Positions 18,281 to 29,551 of a stretch of DNA of 64,000 nt are shown here, piece after piece; position 1 is the first letter of the stretch; each line of letters starts with the position of its first letter. Position numbers and translations under genes: made by a program. The notes under the pieces are model-generated. The model was not told the DNA's origin. It did no database searches and saw nothing but the letters and a program-made list of their open reading frames with translations. The stretch comes from an uncultured Clostridia bacterium (lineage in GTDB: Bacteria; Bacillota; Clostridia; UBA1381; UMGS1253). The stretch covers positions 12,513-76,512 of the forward strand of contig CAKSHB010000002.1 of NCBI GenBank assembly GCA_934456295.1, in the 5' to 3' direction.

Positions 18281-19256
18281 TTTGAATAAAAAAGCTGTTG
18301 CTGATATACTGAAAGAGAATATGTCTTTCATCATTTTGCCCCATATAAGCCCCGACGCTGACGCAATCGGTTCGTGTTATGCAATGAAGCGCATTCTTGA
18401 GCATATGGGCAAAAGTGCCGGGGTTTGTGTGCAGGAAAGTATTTCGGAGTATTTGTCGTTTATCCCGGGAGAGGCTGTTTTATATGAGCAGATACCGAAA
18501 GACGGCAAATATGACGTTTGCCTGTGTATAGACTGCGGAGATATAAAAAGAGTTGACAGACGTGCGGAATTGTTTGACAGAGCAAAAATAAGCGTTAATG
18601 TTGACCATCATTATTCAAATACAAATTATGCAGATGTAAACTTTGTGGACGCAAATGCATGCTCGGCGGGTGAAATTTGTTTCGGCATTATAAAAGAACT
18701 GGAGCAGGAAATCGACACGGAAACGGCAGTGTGCTTATACAGTGCAATTTGCGGCGATACGGGCGGCTTTCGGTATTCCAACACGACACCGGCGACAATG
18801 CGGATTGCGGCGGAGCTGCTGGAAAAGAAAATCGATTCGGCAAAAATCAACCGGCTTTTGTTTGACTGCGAAAATTTTGATACAGTGCGGCTCAAGGGCG
18901 AAATAGGCAGCAGGGCGGAGTTGTTTTTCGGCGGCCTTATAGGCACTGCATGCGTAGATAAGAATATGTTGGAAAAGTACGGAGTTGAGCCGGAGGAGGC
19001 AGACAACATAGTTGATATTGTCCGCAGAATAAAAGGTGTTGAGGTTGCGGTTTCTTTTAAGGAATCTGACATCGGTATAAAAATCAGCCTTCGTTCAAAC
19101 GACCGTATCGATGTTTCAAAAATTGCCGCAAAGTTTGGCGGCGGCGGACATATCCGTGCCTCGGGAGTTTTGATGAAATGCGGTATGGACGAGGCAAAAA
19201 AATGTATAATTAAAGCGATAACGGAAGAATTTGAAGAACAGGGCAAAAAGATATAA
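18273..19256 (+). CDS. nrnA: DHH-family phosphoesterase (NrnA-like oligoribonuclease/pAp phosphatase)
   Basis: DADAIGS, DHH (NVDHH) and DHHA1 GGGGH motifs. Overlaps rbfA by 8 nt. Confidence 0.85.
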   Translation: MNNLNKKAVADILKENMSFIILPHISPDADAIGSCYAMKRILEHMGKSAGVCVQESISEYLSFIPGEAVLYEQIPKDGKYDVCLCIDCGDIKRVDRRAELFDRAKISVNVDHHYSNTNYADVNFVDANACSAGEICFGIIKELEQEIDTETAVCLYSAICGDTGGFRYSNTTPATMRIAAELLEKKIDSAKINRLLFDCENFDTVRLKGEIGSRAELFFGGLIGTACVDKNMLEKYGVEPEEADNIVDIVRRIKGVEVAVSFKESDIGIKISLRSNDRIDVSKIAAKFGGGGHIRASGVLMKCGMDEAKKCIIKAITEEFEEQGKKI

Positions 19257-19287
19257 AGCTGATATAAAAGGCAGAGGAATTTATAAT

Positions 19288-20169
19288 ATGAACGGTATAG
19301 CGGTGCTTAATAAGCCGAAAGGCAAAACATCTCATGATATGATTTCTGTGTGCAGAAAAATTTTCGGCACACGCAGAGTCGGACACACGGGAACACTTGA
19401 CCCGAATGCAACGGGAGTTTTGCCGATATGTGTCGGAAACGCAACGAAGGCATCACAATATATCATGGATTCAAAAAAGCGATATACGGCACAGCTTATT
19501 TTGGGGAGAAAAACAGATACACTTGACTGCACAGGGACAGTTACGCAGATTGGCAATATTGACGTTTCACGCGATGTGCTCTGTGAGGCATGCAGCCGCT
19601 TTCTGGGAGAGATAAGCCAAATTCCGCCAATGTACTCAGCCGTAAAAGTCAACGGAAAGAAGCTGTATGAGTATGCACGCAGCGGAGCTGAGGTTGAGAG
19701 AAAGCCGCGTAAGGTTAACATATATTCGATTGATGTTTTGGATTATGATGAAGATAAGGGCTTTGGTGAAATTGAGATAGTATGCTCAAAAGGCACATAC
19801 ATCAGAACGCTGTGTGATGATATAGGAGAATATCTCGGCTGTTATGCTCATATGGGCGAGCTTGTACGTACATACAGCGGCGGTTTTGACATATCGCAGA
19901 GTCGCACCGTTGAAGAGCTGTGTAAACTCGGAGAAAGCGGAAATGCGGAAAAAGCGCTTATGGCAACGGACAGCGTTTTTTCGCAGTATGATGCGCTGTA
20001 CCTCAGCGAAGGTGAAACATTAAAGGTAAAAAACGGCGTGCCGATTGTGAGAAAAGATACAGAAGAAAACAAAACCTACCGCCTTTATGATGAAAACGGC
20101 GGATTTTTGTGTGTTTCAAGACAGACAGACGGCAAATTAAAAATGCTGACATCTTTTTGGACAGATTGA
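19288..20169 (+). CDS. truB: tRNA pseudouridine(55) synthase TruB
   Basis: GHTGTLDP catalytic motif and PPMYSAVK. ATG 19288 chosen; the ORF is open from 19231. Confidence 0.94.
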   Translation: MNGIAVLNKPKGKTSHDMISVCRKIFGTRRVGHTGTLDPNATGVLPICVGNATKASQYIMDSKKRYTAQLILGRKTDTLDCTGTVTQIGNIDVSRDVLCEACSRFLGEISQIPPMYSAVKVNGKKLYEYARSGAEVERKPRKVNIYSIDVLDYDEDKGFGEIEIVCSKGTYIRTLCDDIGEYLGCYAHMGELVRTYSGGFDISQSRTVEELCKLGESGNAEKALMATDSVFSQYDALYLSEGETLKVKNGVPIVRKDTEENKTYRLYDENGGFLCVSRQTDGKLKMLTSFWTD

Positions 20170-20211
20170 AAATAATTGACATTAAAAAAGCTGAAATCGG
20201 GTGATGTAAGA

Positions 20212-21147
20212 ATGAAGGTGTATACAGATGGACAATTTGATAAAAAAGGCGGCTGTGTACTTGCACTCGGAAGCTTTGACGCACTTCATTTTGCACATAT
20301 AAAGCTGTTTTGCGAGACTGTGGATAAAGCGAAAGAATACGGTGTCCGTGCAGGAGTTCATCTGTTTGACAGGCGTATTGAAAATGTAATTTTTCCGGGG
20401 TCAGACCATAAAAGTGTATATAAAAATTCCAAGCGTGCAGAAATAATCAGTGAAACCGGAATGGATTTTGTATATTTTGAAAAATTTGATAAAGCGTTTA
20501 TGGAAATGAGTGCCTTTGATTTCGCAAAAATGCTGAAAGATAAATTCGGCGCAGTATGTGTTGTCACAGGTTTTCATTACAGCTTCGGCTATATGGGCAG
20601 CGGCGGTATTGACGAACTGAAAAAGTTTGGCAGACAGCTCGGCTTTGAGGTTATAAGTGTTGCTCCCATAATGCTTGATGGAGAGCTTGTGAGCTCGACG
20701 CGCGTCAGAGAATGTATCAAAAGCGGAAATATTTTTGAAGTGAACCGACTTTTGGGAAGAGAATACGCGCTTTGCGGAAAGATAATATCCGACCGCGGTG
20801 TGGGCAGCAGCATGGGAATGCCGACAGCGAACACGGAAATAAGCAGCGATATACTGCTTCCGAAGAACGGCGTGTATGCAGCATATGTAAAGATAAACGG
20901 CAGACTGTATCCGGCGGTCACAAATATTGGCATAAGACCGACTTTCGGGCTTGATAAAATCTCTGTCGAAACGCATATAATTGATTTTGACGGTGATTTA
21001 TATGGGACGGAAATGGAAATACGTTTTCTGGACAGATTGCGCGATGAAAAAAAGTTTACCACAAAAGAGGATTTGCTGAAGCAAATTTTAAGCGATATAA
21101 ACAAAACAAAGCAAATTTTTTCTGCTGTTTTAATAAAAAAAGAGTAA
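20212..21147 (+). CDS. ribF: bifunctional riboflavin kinase/FMN adenylyltransferase
   Basis: GSFDALHFAH, PTAN and a C-terminal riboflavin kinase domain (VETHIIDFDGDLYG). Confidence 0.92.
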   Translation: MKVYTDGQFDKKGGCVLALGSFDALHFAHIKLFCETVDKAKEYGVRAGVHLFDRRIENVIFPGSDHKSVYKNSKRAEIISETGMDFVYFEKFDKAFMEMSAFDFAKMLKDKFGAVCVVTGFHYSFGYMGSGGIDELKKFGRQLGFEVISVAPIMLDGELVSSTRVRECIKSGNIFEVNRLLGREYALCGKIISDRGVGSSMGMPTANTEISSDILLPKNGVYAAYVKINGRLYPAVTNIGIRPTFGLDKISVETHIIDFDGDLYGTEMEIRFLDRLRDEKKFTTKEDLLKQILSDINKTKQIFSAVLIKKE

Positions 21148-21256
21148 AAAACTGTATTTTTTTGAAAAAAACATAAATAAGCCTTGAAAAATAGTTAAAA
21201 ACATGAGAAAATTATAATGTAAGATATACAGCATATCAGACAGAGGGGGACGTTAT

Positions 21257-22636
21257 ATGTCAAGAGAACTGATTTCTGTAATTTTGGCAGCGGGTAAAAG
21301 CGAAGCTATGAAATCAGAGAAACCGTGCGCGGTATTTCCTGTGCTCGGCAGACCTATGGCATCATATGTGATTGATGCGGTTACAAAAGCAGGTTCGGAT
21401 AAAAATGTTATGGTTGTCGGAAATGACAGCGAATGCATAAAAGAAGCGTTTGGCGAAACGGTTGATTATGTTTGTCAGCCGGAGCCTCTCGGAACATTTG
21501 ACGCGGTTTTGAAAGCGCGTGAATATTTTGAGAAAAGCAGCTCATATGTTATTGTTCTGCCTGTTGACGCACCGCTTATTGATGAACAGACAATAAGGCA
21601 TGCATTAGAATATCATAAGGAATTTGATAATCAGGTAACAATTATTACCGCGATTGTGAATAATCCCGAGGGCTACGGAAGAATTATAAGAAACGGCGCC
21701 GGAGATGTGGCGGCGATTGTTGAAGAAAAATACGCAAACAGAAACGAGCTTGATATAAACGAAATAAATTCAAGCATGTATATATTCAACTCGGAGGCTC
21801 TTTTATATGCTATCGACCATTATGAGTCGCTGTCGGACAGTTATGACAAAAATAACCTCATACATTCGGTGGAGGTTCTGATTAAAGCGGGACGCAGAGT
21901 CGGAGCATATGACGCAGATGAGCCGGAAACCATACTCGGTATAAATGACCGTATTCAGCTTTTTGAGGCAGAAGCCGTAATGCGTGCAAAAATAAACAGC
22001 ATGCATATGAGAAACGGAGTTACAATAATGGCTCCTGCGGTAACATATATAGACCCTGATGTTGTAATCGGAAGCGATACTGTTATAGAGCCGAATGTGC
22101 ATTTGCGCAAGGGCGCTGTTATAGGGAAAAATGTCCGTGTCGGCGCAAATTCAATAATAACAAGCTCCATAGTGCATGACGGAGTTGACATATTAAGTTC
22201 GGTAATGATTGACAGCGAAGTTTGCGAGGGTGCGCACATAGGACCGTTTGCATATCTTCGTCCGAACAGCAAAATCGGTAAAAATGTTAAAATCGGCGAT
22301 TTTGTTGAAATTAAAAATGCAACGCTTGATGAGGGCACAAAGGTGTCGCATCTCACATATGTGGGTGACACAGATGTCGGCAAGCATGTTAATTTCGGCT
22401 GCGGCTGTGTTACTGTAAACTATGACGGAAAGAAAAAATACCGTTCGACTATCGGCGATAATGCCTTTATCGGGTGCAATACCAACCTGGTATCACCTGT
22501 TACGGTAAAGGATAATGCATATATTGCTGCCGGCTCCACAATTACCGATGAGGTGCCGGAAAGCGCGCTTGCAATTGCAAGAAGCAGACAAATAAATAAG
22601 CTGGACTGGAAGGATAGGAGGAAACAGGAGAAATGA
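21257..22636 (+). CDS. glmU: bifunctional UDP-GlcNAc pyrophosphorylase / GlcN-1-P N-acetyltransferase GlmU
   Basis: N-terminal LAAGKS nucleotidyltransferase fold and a C-terminal left-handed beta-helix of hexapeptide repeats. Confidence 0.93.
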   Translation: MSRELISVILAAGKSEAMKSEKPCAVFPVLGRPMASYVIDAVTKAGSDKNVMVVGNDSECIKEAFGETVDYVCQPEPLGTFDAVLKAREYFEKSSSYVIVLPVDAPLIDEQTIRHALEYHKEFDNQVTIITAIVNNPEGYGRIIRNGAGDVAAIVEEKYANRNELDINEINSSMYIFNSEALLYAIDHYESLSDSYDKNNLIHSVEVLIKAGRRVGAYDADEPETILGINDRIQLFEAEAVMRAKINSMHMRNGVTIMAPAVTYIDPDVVIGSDTVIEPNVHLRKGAVIGKNVRVGANSIITSSIVHDGVDILSSVMIDSEVCEGAHIGPFAYLRPNSKIGKNVKIGDFVEIKNATLDEGTKVSHLTYVGDTDVGKHVNFGCGCVTVNYDGKKKYRSTIGDNAFIGCNTNLVSPVTVKDNAYIAAGSTITDEVPESALAIARSRQINKLDWKDRRKQEK

Positions 22637-23589
22637 TAACGCACGGTAAGAACATTAAGATTTTTGCGGCAAATTCCAATCCTGACCTTGCGGCGAAAAT
22701 CGCAGAGAGATTGGAACTTCCCGTAGGTAAATCGAGTGTCGGTATGTTTAGTGACGGAGAGATTTCGGTAAACCTTTATGAAACTGTAAGAGGTTCCGAT
22801 GTATTTGTTGTACAGTCGACGTCTGAACCCGTAAACGACCATCTCATGGAGCTTTTGATTATGATAGATGCACTCAAGCGTGCATCGGCGGGACGTATTA
22901 CGGCGGTAATCCCCTATATGGGATATGCAAGACAGGACAGAAAGGCAAAGGCACGTGACCCGATTTCGGCAAAGCTTGTTGCAGACCTTATTTCAACTGC
23001 GGGCGCAGACAGAGTTCTTACCATGGACCTGCATGCGGCTCAGATACAGGGATTTTTCAACATTCCTGTTGACCATTTGCTCGGTGTACCGATTTTGGCG
23101 CCGTATTATGCAAAACAGTTCGGACGTGACCGTGACGATGTTGTCGTGGTATCGCCGGATTTGGGGAGCGTTACGCGTGCGCGTAATTTTGCACAAAGAC
23201 TTAATGTACCGCTTGCAATTATAGATAAACGCCGTCCGAAGGCGAATGTGTCTGAGGTTATGAATATAATCGGCGACATAAAAGATAAGACGGTTATTCT
23301 TGTTGATGACATGATTGATACAGCAGGCACAATAACACACGGTGCACAGGCGCTTGTTGACCATGGTGCAAAAGAGGTGTATGCATGCTGTACGCATCCT
23401 GTTTTGTCGGGACCGGCTATTGAGCGCATAGAGGCTTCGCCGATAAAAGAACTTTTGGTTCTTGATACAATATCTATGCCTGAAGAAAAGAAAATTTCCA
23501 AGATTAAAACGATTTCTGTGGCTCCTGTATTTGCAGAAGCAATTGAAAGAATTTATGAGGATTTGTCTGTAAGCACATTGTTTGTATAA
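22633..23589 (+). CDS. prs: ribose-phosphate pyrophosphokinase
   Basis: YARQDRK, VSPDLG and [13 protein letters not shown]-binding motifs. The ATGA overlap with glmU suggests translational coupling. Confidence 0.96.
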   Translation: MITHGKNIKIFAANSNPDLAAKIAERLELPVGKSSVGMFSDGEISVNLYETVRGSDVFVVQSTSEPVNDHLMELLIMIDALKRASAGRITAVIPYMGYARQDRKAKARDPISAKLVADLISTAGADRVLTMDLHAAQIQGFFNIPVDHLLGVPILAPYYAKQFGRDRDDVVVVSPDLGSVTRARNFAQRLNVPLAIIDKRRPKANVSEVMNIIGDIKDKTVILVDDMIDTAGTITHGAQALVDHGAKEVYACCTHPVLSGPAIERIEASPIKELLVLDTISMPEEKKISKIKTISVAPVFAEAIERIYEDLSVSTLFV

Positions 23590-23638
23590 GATATACATAA
23601 TAAAAAAGTTTTATTGCGCTATACATAAAACCGTACAT

Positions 23639-23670
23639 AAAAGGTCAGGTATATATTGCCCGGCCTTTTT
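23639..23670 (+). terminator. probable rho-independent terminator after prs
   Basis: AAAAGGTCAGG / CCCGGCCTTTT stem (one mismatch, one G-U) ending in a T-run. Confidence 0.45.
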
Positions 23671-23731
23671 GCCTTGCGGTATTTATGCTTTACAAAAAAA
23701 CATAAAAAGAGCTGAAACAGGAGGCGGAAAT

Positions 23732-24328
23732 ATGTTTTTGATTGCAGGTCTGGGAAATCCGGGCAGACAGTATGAAATGACAAGACACAATATAGGTTTT
23801 GAGGTTATAGATTATATATCAAAAGAGTACAATATAAAAGTAAACAAAATAAAGCATAAGGCGCTTATAGGCGAGGGTTTTTTGCAGGGCGAACGTGTAA
23901 TTCTGGCAAAACCGCAGACATATATGAATTTGAGCGGTGAGAGTATACGTGAAATTTGTGACCATTATAAGCTCGGTGCGGAAAATATAATAATAATTTA
24001 TGACGATATAGCCATTCCGTCCGGTTCTGTGCGAATTCGGGCAAAAGGCTCGGCGGGCGGACATAACGGAATGAAGTCGATTATATACCAGCTTCAGACG
24101 GACGAATTTATGCGCTTGCGTATAGGTGTCGGAGCGCCTGCGCACAAAGACTATGATTTAAAGGATTATGTTCTCGGCCACTTTGGCAATGATGAGGCTG
24201 ACGACATAATTTCAGCGGTTAAAAGCTGCCCAGATGCACTTGTTGAAATGATGCGTTCGGGAGCAAATGCCGCAGCGTCAAAGTTTAACAGAACCATAAA
24301 AAGGACTGATGAGAACGGCGGGGAGTGA
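23732..24328 (+). CDS. pth: peptidyl-tRNA hydrolase
   Basis: MFLIAGLGNPG...TRHNIGF and GGHNG motifs. ATG 23732 follows AGGAGG. Confidence 0.95.
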   Translation: MFLIAGLGNPGRQYEMTRHNIGFEVIDYISKEYNIKVNKIKHKALIGEGFLQGERVILAKPQTYMNLSGESIREICDHYKLGAENIIIIYDDIAIPSGSVRIRAKGSAGGHNGMKSIIYQLQTDEFMRLRIGVGAPAHKDYDLKDYVLGHFGNDEADDIISAVKSCPDALVEMMRSGANAAASKFNRTIKRTDENGGE

Positions 24329-24332
24329 TACT

Positions 24333-27300
24333 GTGCCATTCGATACGATATTTGACAAATACAGCGAATTTAATGAATTTATGCGGTGTATGAACGAAGG
24401 AATTACGCCGGTAAATGTAATTACAGGGGTGGGTGCCCAGCGCGCGCACCTTATTTTTGCTGCTTATAAAAAAATGGAGGCAGATGTTTTTGTTCTGACC
24501 GCAACAGATGTTGAGGCGCAGACGCTTGCCGATGACCTTGAGTTTTTTGCGCCGGACAGTGTTCTGCTGTTTCCGTCAAAGGATTATGTGTATTATGATG
24601 TGGACAGCGTAAGCCGCGAAATGTCCGAAAAACGCATACATGTACTGTCAAAGCTTCTGGACAGGGGAAGAAAGTATATTATTGTTGCAAGTGTTGCGGC
24701 AGCACTGAGCTATTGTGCCGAAAAGGAAGTTTTTTCAAAAAATGTTGTGCGTCTGGCTATGGGCGATATTGTTGACACGGCTCAGTTGTGTGAAAAACTT
24801 GTGGTGATGGGATATGTGCGCGAGGATATCGTTGAGGGCTGCGGACAGTTCTCAGTCAGGGGCGGCATAGTTGATATTTTCGGAGCAGGCGAGGAAAACC
24901 CTGTGCGCATTGAATTTTTTGATGATGAGATAGATTCAATCAGAACATTTGACAAAGTTTCACAGCTTTCGCTCGATAAACTTGAACAGGCGGTAATCTA
25001 TCCGTGCCGTGAAATAATATTTGATGACGGCGGACGCGAAAAGCTGATTGAGTATATGAAAAAATCACTTGTAGGATTGAAACGTAAAAAGGGTGATTTT
25101 TCAGATGCGGCAGAGCATTTGGAGGCAGATATCGAAAAACTTAATGAAAAGTATTATTTTGCCTCACTCGATAAGTACATTTTTAATATATACGGTAAAA
25201 TACCGACTGTGTTTGACTGGCTTGATGAAAATACGGTGTTTTTTGCCGATGAACCGCGCAAACTGCACGAGAGTGCATCGGGATTTGAGAGCGACATGAA
25301 CGAAACAATTGCATCGCTTATGGAAAAAGGGATTATTCTACCTGGCAAAAGCCAGTTTTTTGCGTCATATAAAGACATAATCGGAAATATGGCAAAAAAG
25401 CGTCTTGCAGGCATGTGCGGAGTATCGTTTGCCGGCACGGGATACCGAGCAAAGCAGAATATTGACCTTGGTGCAAAGGGCATGAACTCATTTCACGGTA
25501 AAATTGATTTTTTGTGCGATGATTTGCAGATGTGGCACCAAAAGAAAGCAACGGTCGTAATACTTGCCGGCGGACAAAGCCGTGCGCAAAATTTATGCAC
25601 GGAGCTTAACAACAGAGGCATTGAGTGTGTTTATTCTGAGGATACCGGTTATATGTCGCAGGGTAAAACGGTTGTTACGCATGGCAGCCTGTCATGCGGC
25701 TTTGAGTATCCGCTTATTAATTTTGTTCTGATAAGCGACCGTGAAATATTTGTTGAAAAGCGGCGCAGAAGGTATAAAACACAGGATAAAAGTGCGTCTA
25801 AAATACATTCATTTACAGATATATCCGTGGGAGATTACGTTGTACACCAAATGCATGGCATAGGGCGCTATGACGGAATACAAAAGCTTACGGTTGATAA
25901 TGTTACAAAGGATTATCTGAAAATTTCATATCAGGGAACGGACAATCTTTATGTGCCGATTGACCAGCTTGATATGCTGTATAAATATATCGGCGGAACC
26001 GACAGAAAGGTTCATGTAAATAAGCTCGGCGGAACAGATTGGAATAAGACAAAAGCAAGGGTTAAGCAGTCAACAGCCGATTTGGCGCAGTATCTTATAA
26101 AGCTGTATGCCGAGCGTGAACGTACAAAGGGCTTTGCCTTCAGTGAGGATACGCCGTGGCAGCGCGATTTTGAGGATCGCTTCGGATATGTTGAAACGCC
26201 CGACCAGATGCGTTCAATAAATGAAGTAAAAAAGGACATGGAAGCGCCAAGACCCATGGACAGGCTTTTATGCGGTGATGTGGGATACGGAAAAACAGAA
26301 GTTGCAATGCGTGCCGCATTCAAGGCAGTCATGGATTCAAAACAGGTGGCATATCTTGTGCCGACAACGATACTTGCAATGCAGCACTACAATAATTTTA
26401 TGCAGCGTATGAGCGATTTTCCGGTGCGCGTTGAAATGATGTCGCGCTTTCGTACGCCGGCACAGCAGAAAGAAACGCTGAAACGTTTAAAAACGGGAGA
26501 AACCGATATTGTAATCGGAACGCACAGGATTTTACAGAAGGATATAGAGTTTCGCGATTTGGGACTGCTTATTATAGATGAGGAACAGAGATTTGGCGTT
26601 GCACATAAGGAAGCCATAAAGGAAATGCGCAAAAATGTTGATGTGCTGACGCTGACGGCAACACCCATACCGCGCACACTGCATATGGCGATGGTGAATA
26701 TACGTGATATGAGCGTTATAACACAGCCACCGGAGAACAGATATCCCGTTCAGACATATGTTATGGAGCAGAATGACGCTATACTTGCCGATGCAATAAG
26801 GAAAGAAATCGGCAGAGGCGGACAGGTATATTATCTCTATAACCGTGTGTCGGGGATAAACGGGGTTGCAAAAAGGATACAGGACATGGTCTCCGAGGCA
26901 CGTGTGGGAGTGGGGCACGGGAAAATGCGCGAGGAAGAGCTTGAAGATGTGATGATGAGCCTTCTGGACGGAGATATAAATGTGCTTGTGTGCACCACTA
27001 TTATTGAAACGGGGCTTGACGTTCCGAATGTGAATACAATTATAATTGAAAACGCCGACAAAATGGGCTTGTCGCAGCTGTATCAGCTTCGCGGCAGAGT
27101 GGGACGCTCGAACAGAGCGGCATATGCATATCTCACGTACAAGCGTGATAAGATGATTACAGATGTTGCCCAAAAAAGACTAAGTGCAATAAGAGAATTT
27201 ACAGAGTTTGGTTCGGGATTTAAAATTGCGATGCGTGACCTCGAAATACGCGGCGCCGGAAATCTGCTCGGCGCTCAGCAGCACGGACATATGGACGCTG

Positions 27301-27821
27301 TGGGATATGATATGTACTGCAAAATATTAAAAGAAAGTGTCAGTGAGCTGAAGGGCGATAGTGCGCAGGAGGAGATAAGCACTGTTGTTGAGCTTCCGAT
27401 AGATGCGCACATTCCCGAAAGTTACATCAGAAATCAAAATCTTAGAATTGATATTTACAAAAAAATTGCCGCTATCGGTTCTTTGCAGGAAAGCTATGAT
27501 GTGGAGGAGGAGATCGAGGACAGATTTGGCACAATCCCGCACACGGTGCAGAATGTAATCGATATCGCACTTATAAAAGCTGAGGCAAACAGTATGGGAA
27601 TAACCGAAATATCGCAGAATGACAAGGGACTGACGATTGTGTTTGAGGCAAAGCGTGTTGATATGAAGGTTATATCAAAAATGATTTCACAAAGCAAGGG
27701 AAGCGCGCTCTTTTCGGCAGGCGAAAGGCCGTATCTGATATACAGAAAGATGCCCGGTTCGCAAAAGGAGATACTTTTTAATATTAAATTTTTGTTACAG
27801 AGCATGAAAGAATTGAAGTAG
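24333..27821 (+). CDS. mfd: transcription-repair coupling factor Mfd
   Basis: CarD-like domain, DEAD/H helicase motifs (GDVGYGKTEVA, DEEQRFG, LTLTATPIPRT) and TRCF domain. Start placed at GTG 24333, 7 nt after GGGGAG; the ORF is open from ATG 24309. Confidence 0.95.
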   Translation: MPFDTIFDKYSEFNEFMRCMNEGITPVNVITGVGAQRAHLIFAAYKKMEADVFVLTATDVEAQTLADDLEFFAPDSVLLFPSKDYVYYDVDSVSREMSEKRIHVLSKLLDRGRKYIIVASVAAALSYCAEKEVFSKNVVRLAMGDIVDTAQLCEKLVVMGYVREDIVEGCGQFSVRGGIVDIFGAGEENPVRIEFFDDEIDSIRTFDKVSQLSLDKLEQAVIYPCREIIFDDGGREKLIEYMKKSLVGLKRKKGDFSDAAEHLEADIEKLNEKYYFASLDKYIFNIYGKIPTVFDWLDENTVFFADEPRKLHESASGFESDMNETIASLMEKGIILPGKSQFFASYKDIIGNMAKKRLAGMCGVSFAGTGYRAKQNIDLGAKGMNSFHGKIDFLCDDLQMWHQKKATVVILAGGQSRAQNLCTELNNRGIECVYSEDTGYMSQGKTVVTHGSLSCGFEYPLINFVLISDREIFVEKRRRRYKTQDKSASKIHSFTDISVGDYVVHQMHGIGRYDGIQKLTVDNVTKDYLKISYQGTDNLYVPIDQLDMLYKYIGGTDRKVHVNKLGGTDWNKTKARVKQSTADLAQYLIKLYAERERTKGFAFSEDTPWQRDFEDRFGYVETPDQMRSINEVKKDMEAPRPMDRLLCGDVGYGKTEVAMRAAFKAVMDSKQVAYLVPTTILAMQHYNNFMQRMSDFPVRVEMMSRFRTPAQQKETLKRLKTGETDIVIGTHRILQKDIEFRDLGLLIIDEEQRFGVAHKEAIKEMRKNVDVLTLTATPIPRTLHMAMVNIRDMSVITQPPENRYPVQTYVMEQNDAILADAIRKEIGRGGQVYYLYNRVSGINGVAKRIQDMVSEARVGVGHGKMREEELEDVMMSLLDGDINVLVCTTIIETGLDVPNVNTIIIENADKMGLSQLYQLRGRVGRSNRAAYAYLTYKRDKMITDVAQKRLSAIREFTEFGSGFKIAMRDLEIRGAGNLLGAQQHGHMDAVGYDMYCKILKESVSELKGDSAQEEISTVVELPIDAHIPESYIRNQNLRIDIYKKIAAIGSLQESYDVEEEIEDRFGTIPHTVQNVIDIALIKAEANSMGITEISQNDKGLTIVFEAKRVDMKVISKMISQSKGSALFSAGERPYLIYRKMPGSQKEILFNIKFLLQSMKELK

Positions 27822-27912
27822 ATAAAAAAATTTGCTATAATAATTTTATAATATGTAAATATATACTTTGAAAAGCGCTTTGTGCGGAAAGAACAAAGGG
27901 GTGTGAAATTTT

Positions 27913-28959
27913 ATGAAAAATAGGAAAGTTATATTTAAAGCAGCGGCAGTAACGGCTGCGGTATGCATGCTTTTGACTATGCTCGCGGGGTGCCGGAACA
28001 ACAGCGCCGAGGTTTTCAGTGTAAACGGAGAAAAGGTTACACTGGGAGAGTTTACGTTTTATCTTGAGAGCATGAAGGAAATGATTGCGCAGGAGTCAAA
28101 TCTTGACATAACTGATGAAAATTCATGGTCAACGATTGAAATTGATAACAAAAAAGCAATAGATGTTGCAAAGGAAAAAGCTCTTGACGATGCCGTATCA
28201 ATTATGGTACAGGTGCAGAAAGCAAAAGAAGAGGGCATTACCCTTACAAATGATGACAAAAAAAGTATAGGAAAGCAGAAGAGCAGCATTATTCAGCAAT
28301 ATGGCGGAGAAAGCGGGTTTAATGCGCAGCTTAAAAAGTGGAATATATCTTCGGAAATTTTTGATACTATCATGCAGAACTATATGTACGCATCAAAACT
28401 TCAGACAAAATACACAAACGAAGATGAGAAAATAAACAACATAAGCGATGAAGATATTCTGGCAAAGTATAATGTCATGAAAGATGAAGCCGTGCAGGAA
28501 TCAATTTTTGTAAAGCATATACTGATAATGCCGAAAGAGGCAACGGAAACAACGCCGGAGGTTACAGATGATGAGGCTGCGGCAAAGGCACAGCAGGTGC
28601 TTGACAGACTGAACGCCGGTGAGGACTTTGATACCTTGATGCGCGAGGTGTCGGATGATGCGGAAACCTCGTATGACGGATACAGCTTTACGCATAATGA
28701 CGGTCAGATGGACGCAGATTTTGACAATGCGGCATATGCGCTTGCGGTGGGTGAAACGAGCGGTGTTGTTAAGACGCGTTTCGGCTACCATATAATCAAA
28801 AGACTGCCGTCGTCTGTTGATATACCGGCTATGGACGATATGCGTGGTACACTTATTTCGCAGATAAAGTCGGAGCGGTATCGTACGATGGTGACAGATG
28901 AATGGGTAAGCAGCGCTGTAATCGTGAAAAACGAGGCTGTATTTAATGCAATGAAATAA
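27913..28959 (+). CDS. PrsA/SurA-like peptidyl-prolyl isomerase lipoprotein
   Basis: Signal peptide with lipobox LAGC and a parvulin (PpiC) domain (HILI..., FGYHIIK). Confidence 0.85.
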   Translation: MKNRKVIFKAAAVTAAVCMLLTMLAGCRNNSAEVFSVNGEKVTLGEFTFYLESMKEMIAQESNLDITDENSWSTIEIDNKKAIDVAKEKALDDAVSIMVQVQKAKEEGITLTNDDKKSIGKQKSSIIQQYGGESGFNAQLKKWNISSEIFDTIMQNYMYASKLQTKYTNEDEKINNISDEDILAKYNVMKDEAVQESIFVKHILIMPKEATETTPEVTDDEAAAKAQQVLDRLNAGEDFDTLMREVSDDAETSYDGYSFTHNDGQMDADFDNAAYALAVGETSGVVKTRFGYHIIKRLPSSVDIPAMDDMRGTLISQIKSERYRTMVTDEWVSSAVIVKNEAVFNAMK

Positions 28960-28979
28960 AAAAGATAAATTTACAAAAG

Positions 28980-29016
28980 CAAGCTGTGTTTCAAAGTGAC
29001 ATGGCTTGTTTTTTTA
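28980..29016 (+). terminator. rho-independent terminator after prsA-like gene
   Basis: CAAGCTGTG/CATGGCTTG 9-bp stem (two G-U pairs) followed by TTTTTTT. Confidence 0.65.
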
Positions 29017-29079
29017 TATCGGAGAAGATATTTTTTGTTTAGATGAAAAATTTGTGTATAATTAACAAACAGATAGGTA

Positions 29080-29108
29080 TTGCGTTTGGTATTTTGGCGT
29101 GATATAAT
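29080..29108 (+). promoter_or_regulatory. sigma-A-like promoter (extended -10) for the hydrogenase-associated regulatory module
   Basis: TTGCGT (29080-29085), 17 nt, TATAAT (29103-29108), preceded by TGA. Confidence 0.5.
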
Positions 29109-29186
29109 ATATACTATATGATATATCACATATGCATATTTGGTTATGGTTTGTGCAATGCAAAAAGAAGTATGGAGTTGATGTTT

Positions 29187-29537
29187 ATGAAACTGTCGGA
29201 AATCAGGAGTCTTTTGGAAGCAGAAGTGAAAACAGTGCCGTATGGCGATGATATCGAAATAAAAAGCGCATGCGGAAGCGACCTGATGAGTGATGTTCTT
29301 GCGTTTGTAAAGGAACAGGGAATACTGCTGACAGGTCTTGTAAACCCGCAGGTGGTTCGTACGGCTGAGATGATGGATATACGCGTCATTGTGTTTGTGC
29401 GCGGAAAAGAGCCCGACGAAGCTATGATAAAGCTGGCGGACAGCAAAGGGATTGTTTTGCTGACAACGCGGAAGGCAATGTTTGTGGCATGTGGTATATT
29501 GTATTCAAACGGACTTGTTCCGGATAACATTATATAG
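29187..29537 (+). CDS. DRTGG domain protein
   Basis: About 116 aa. The layout (ACGSDLMSDVL...ILLTGL...VVRTA...IVF..G) fits a DRTGG-type domain. ATG 29187 follows GGAG; the ORF is open from 29118. Confidence 0.65.
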   Translation: MKLSEIRSLLEAEVKTVPYGDDIEIKSACGSDLMSDVLAFVKEQGILLTGLVNPQVVRTAEMMDIRVIVFVRGKEPDEAMIKLADSKGIVLLTTRKAMFVACGILYSNGLVPDNII

Positions 29538-29551
29538 CCGGAGGATGTTAT

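Noticed and set aside
29051-29069. Second Rex-like sequence TTTGTGTATAATTAACAAA upstream of the regulatory-module promoter.
   Set aside because: Only the right half-site (TTAACAA) matches. The left half is shifted by one nt or has two or more mismatches. In AT-rich intergenic DNA this is not distinguishable from chance without a PWM scan.
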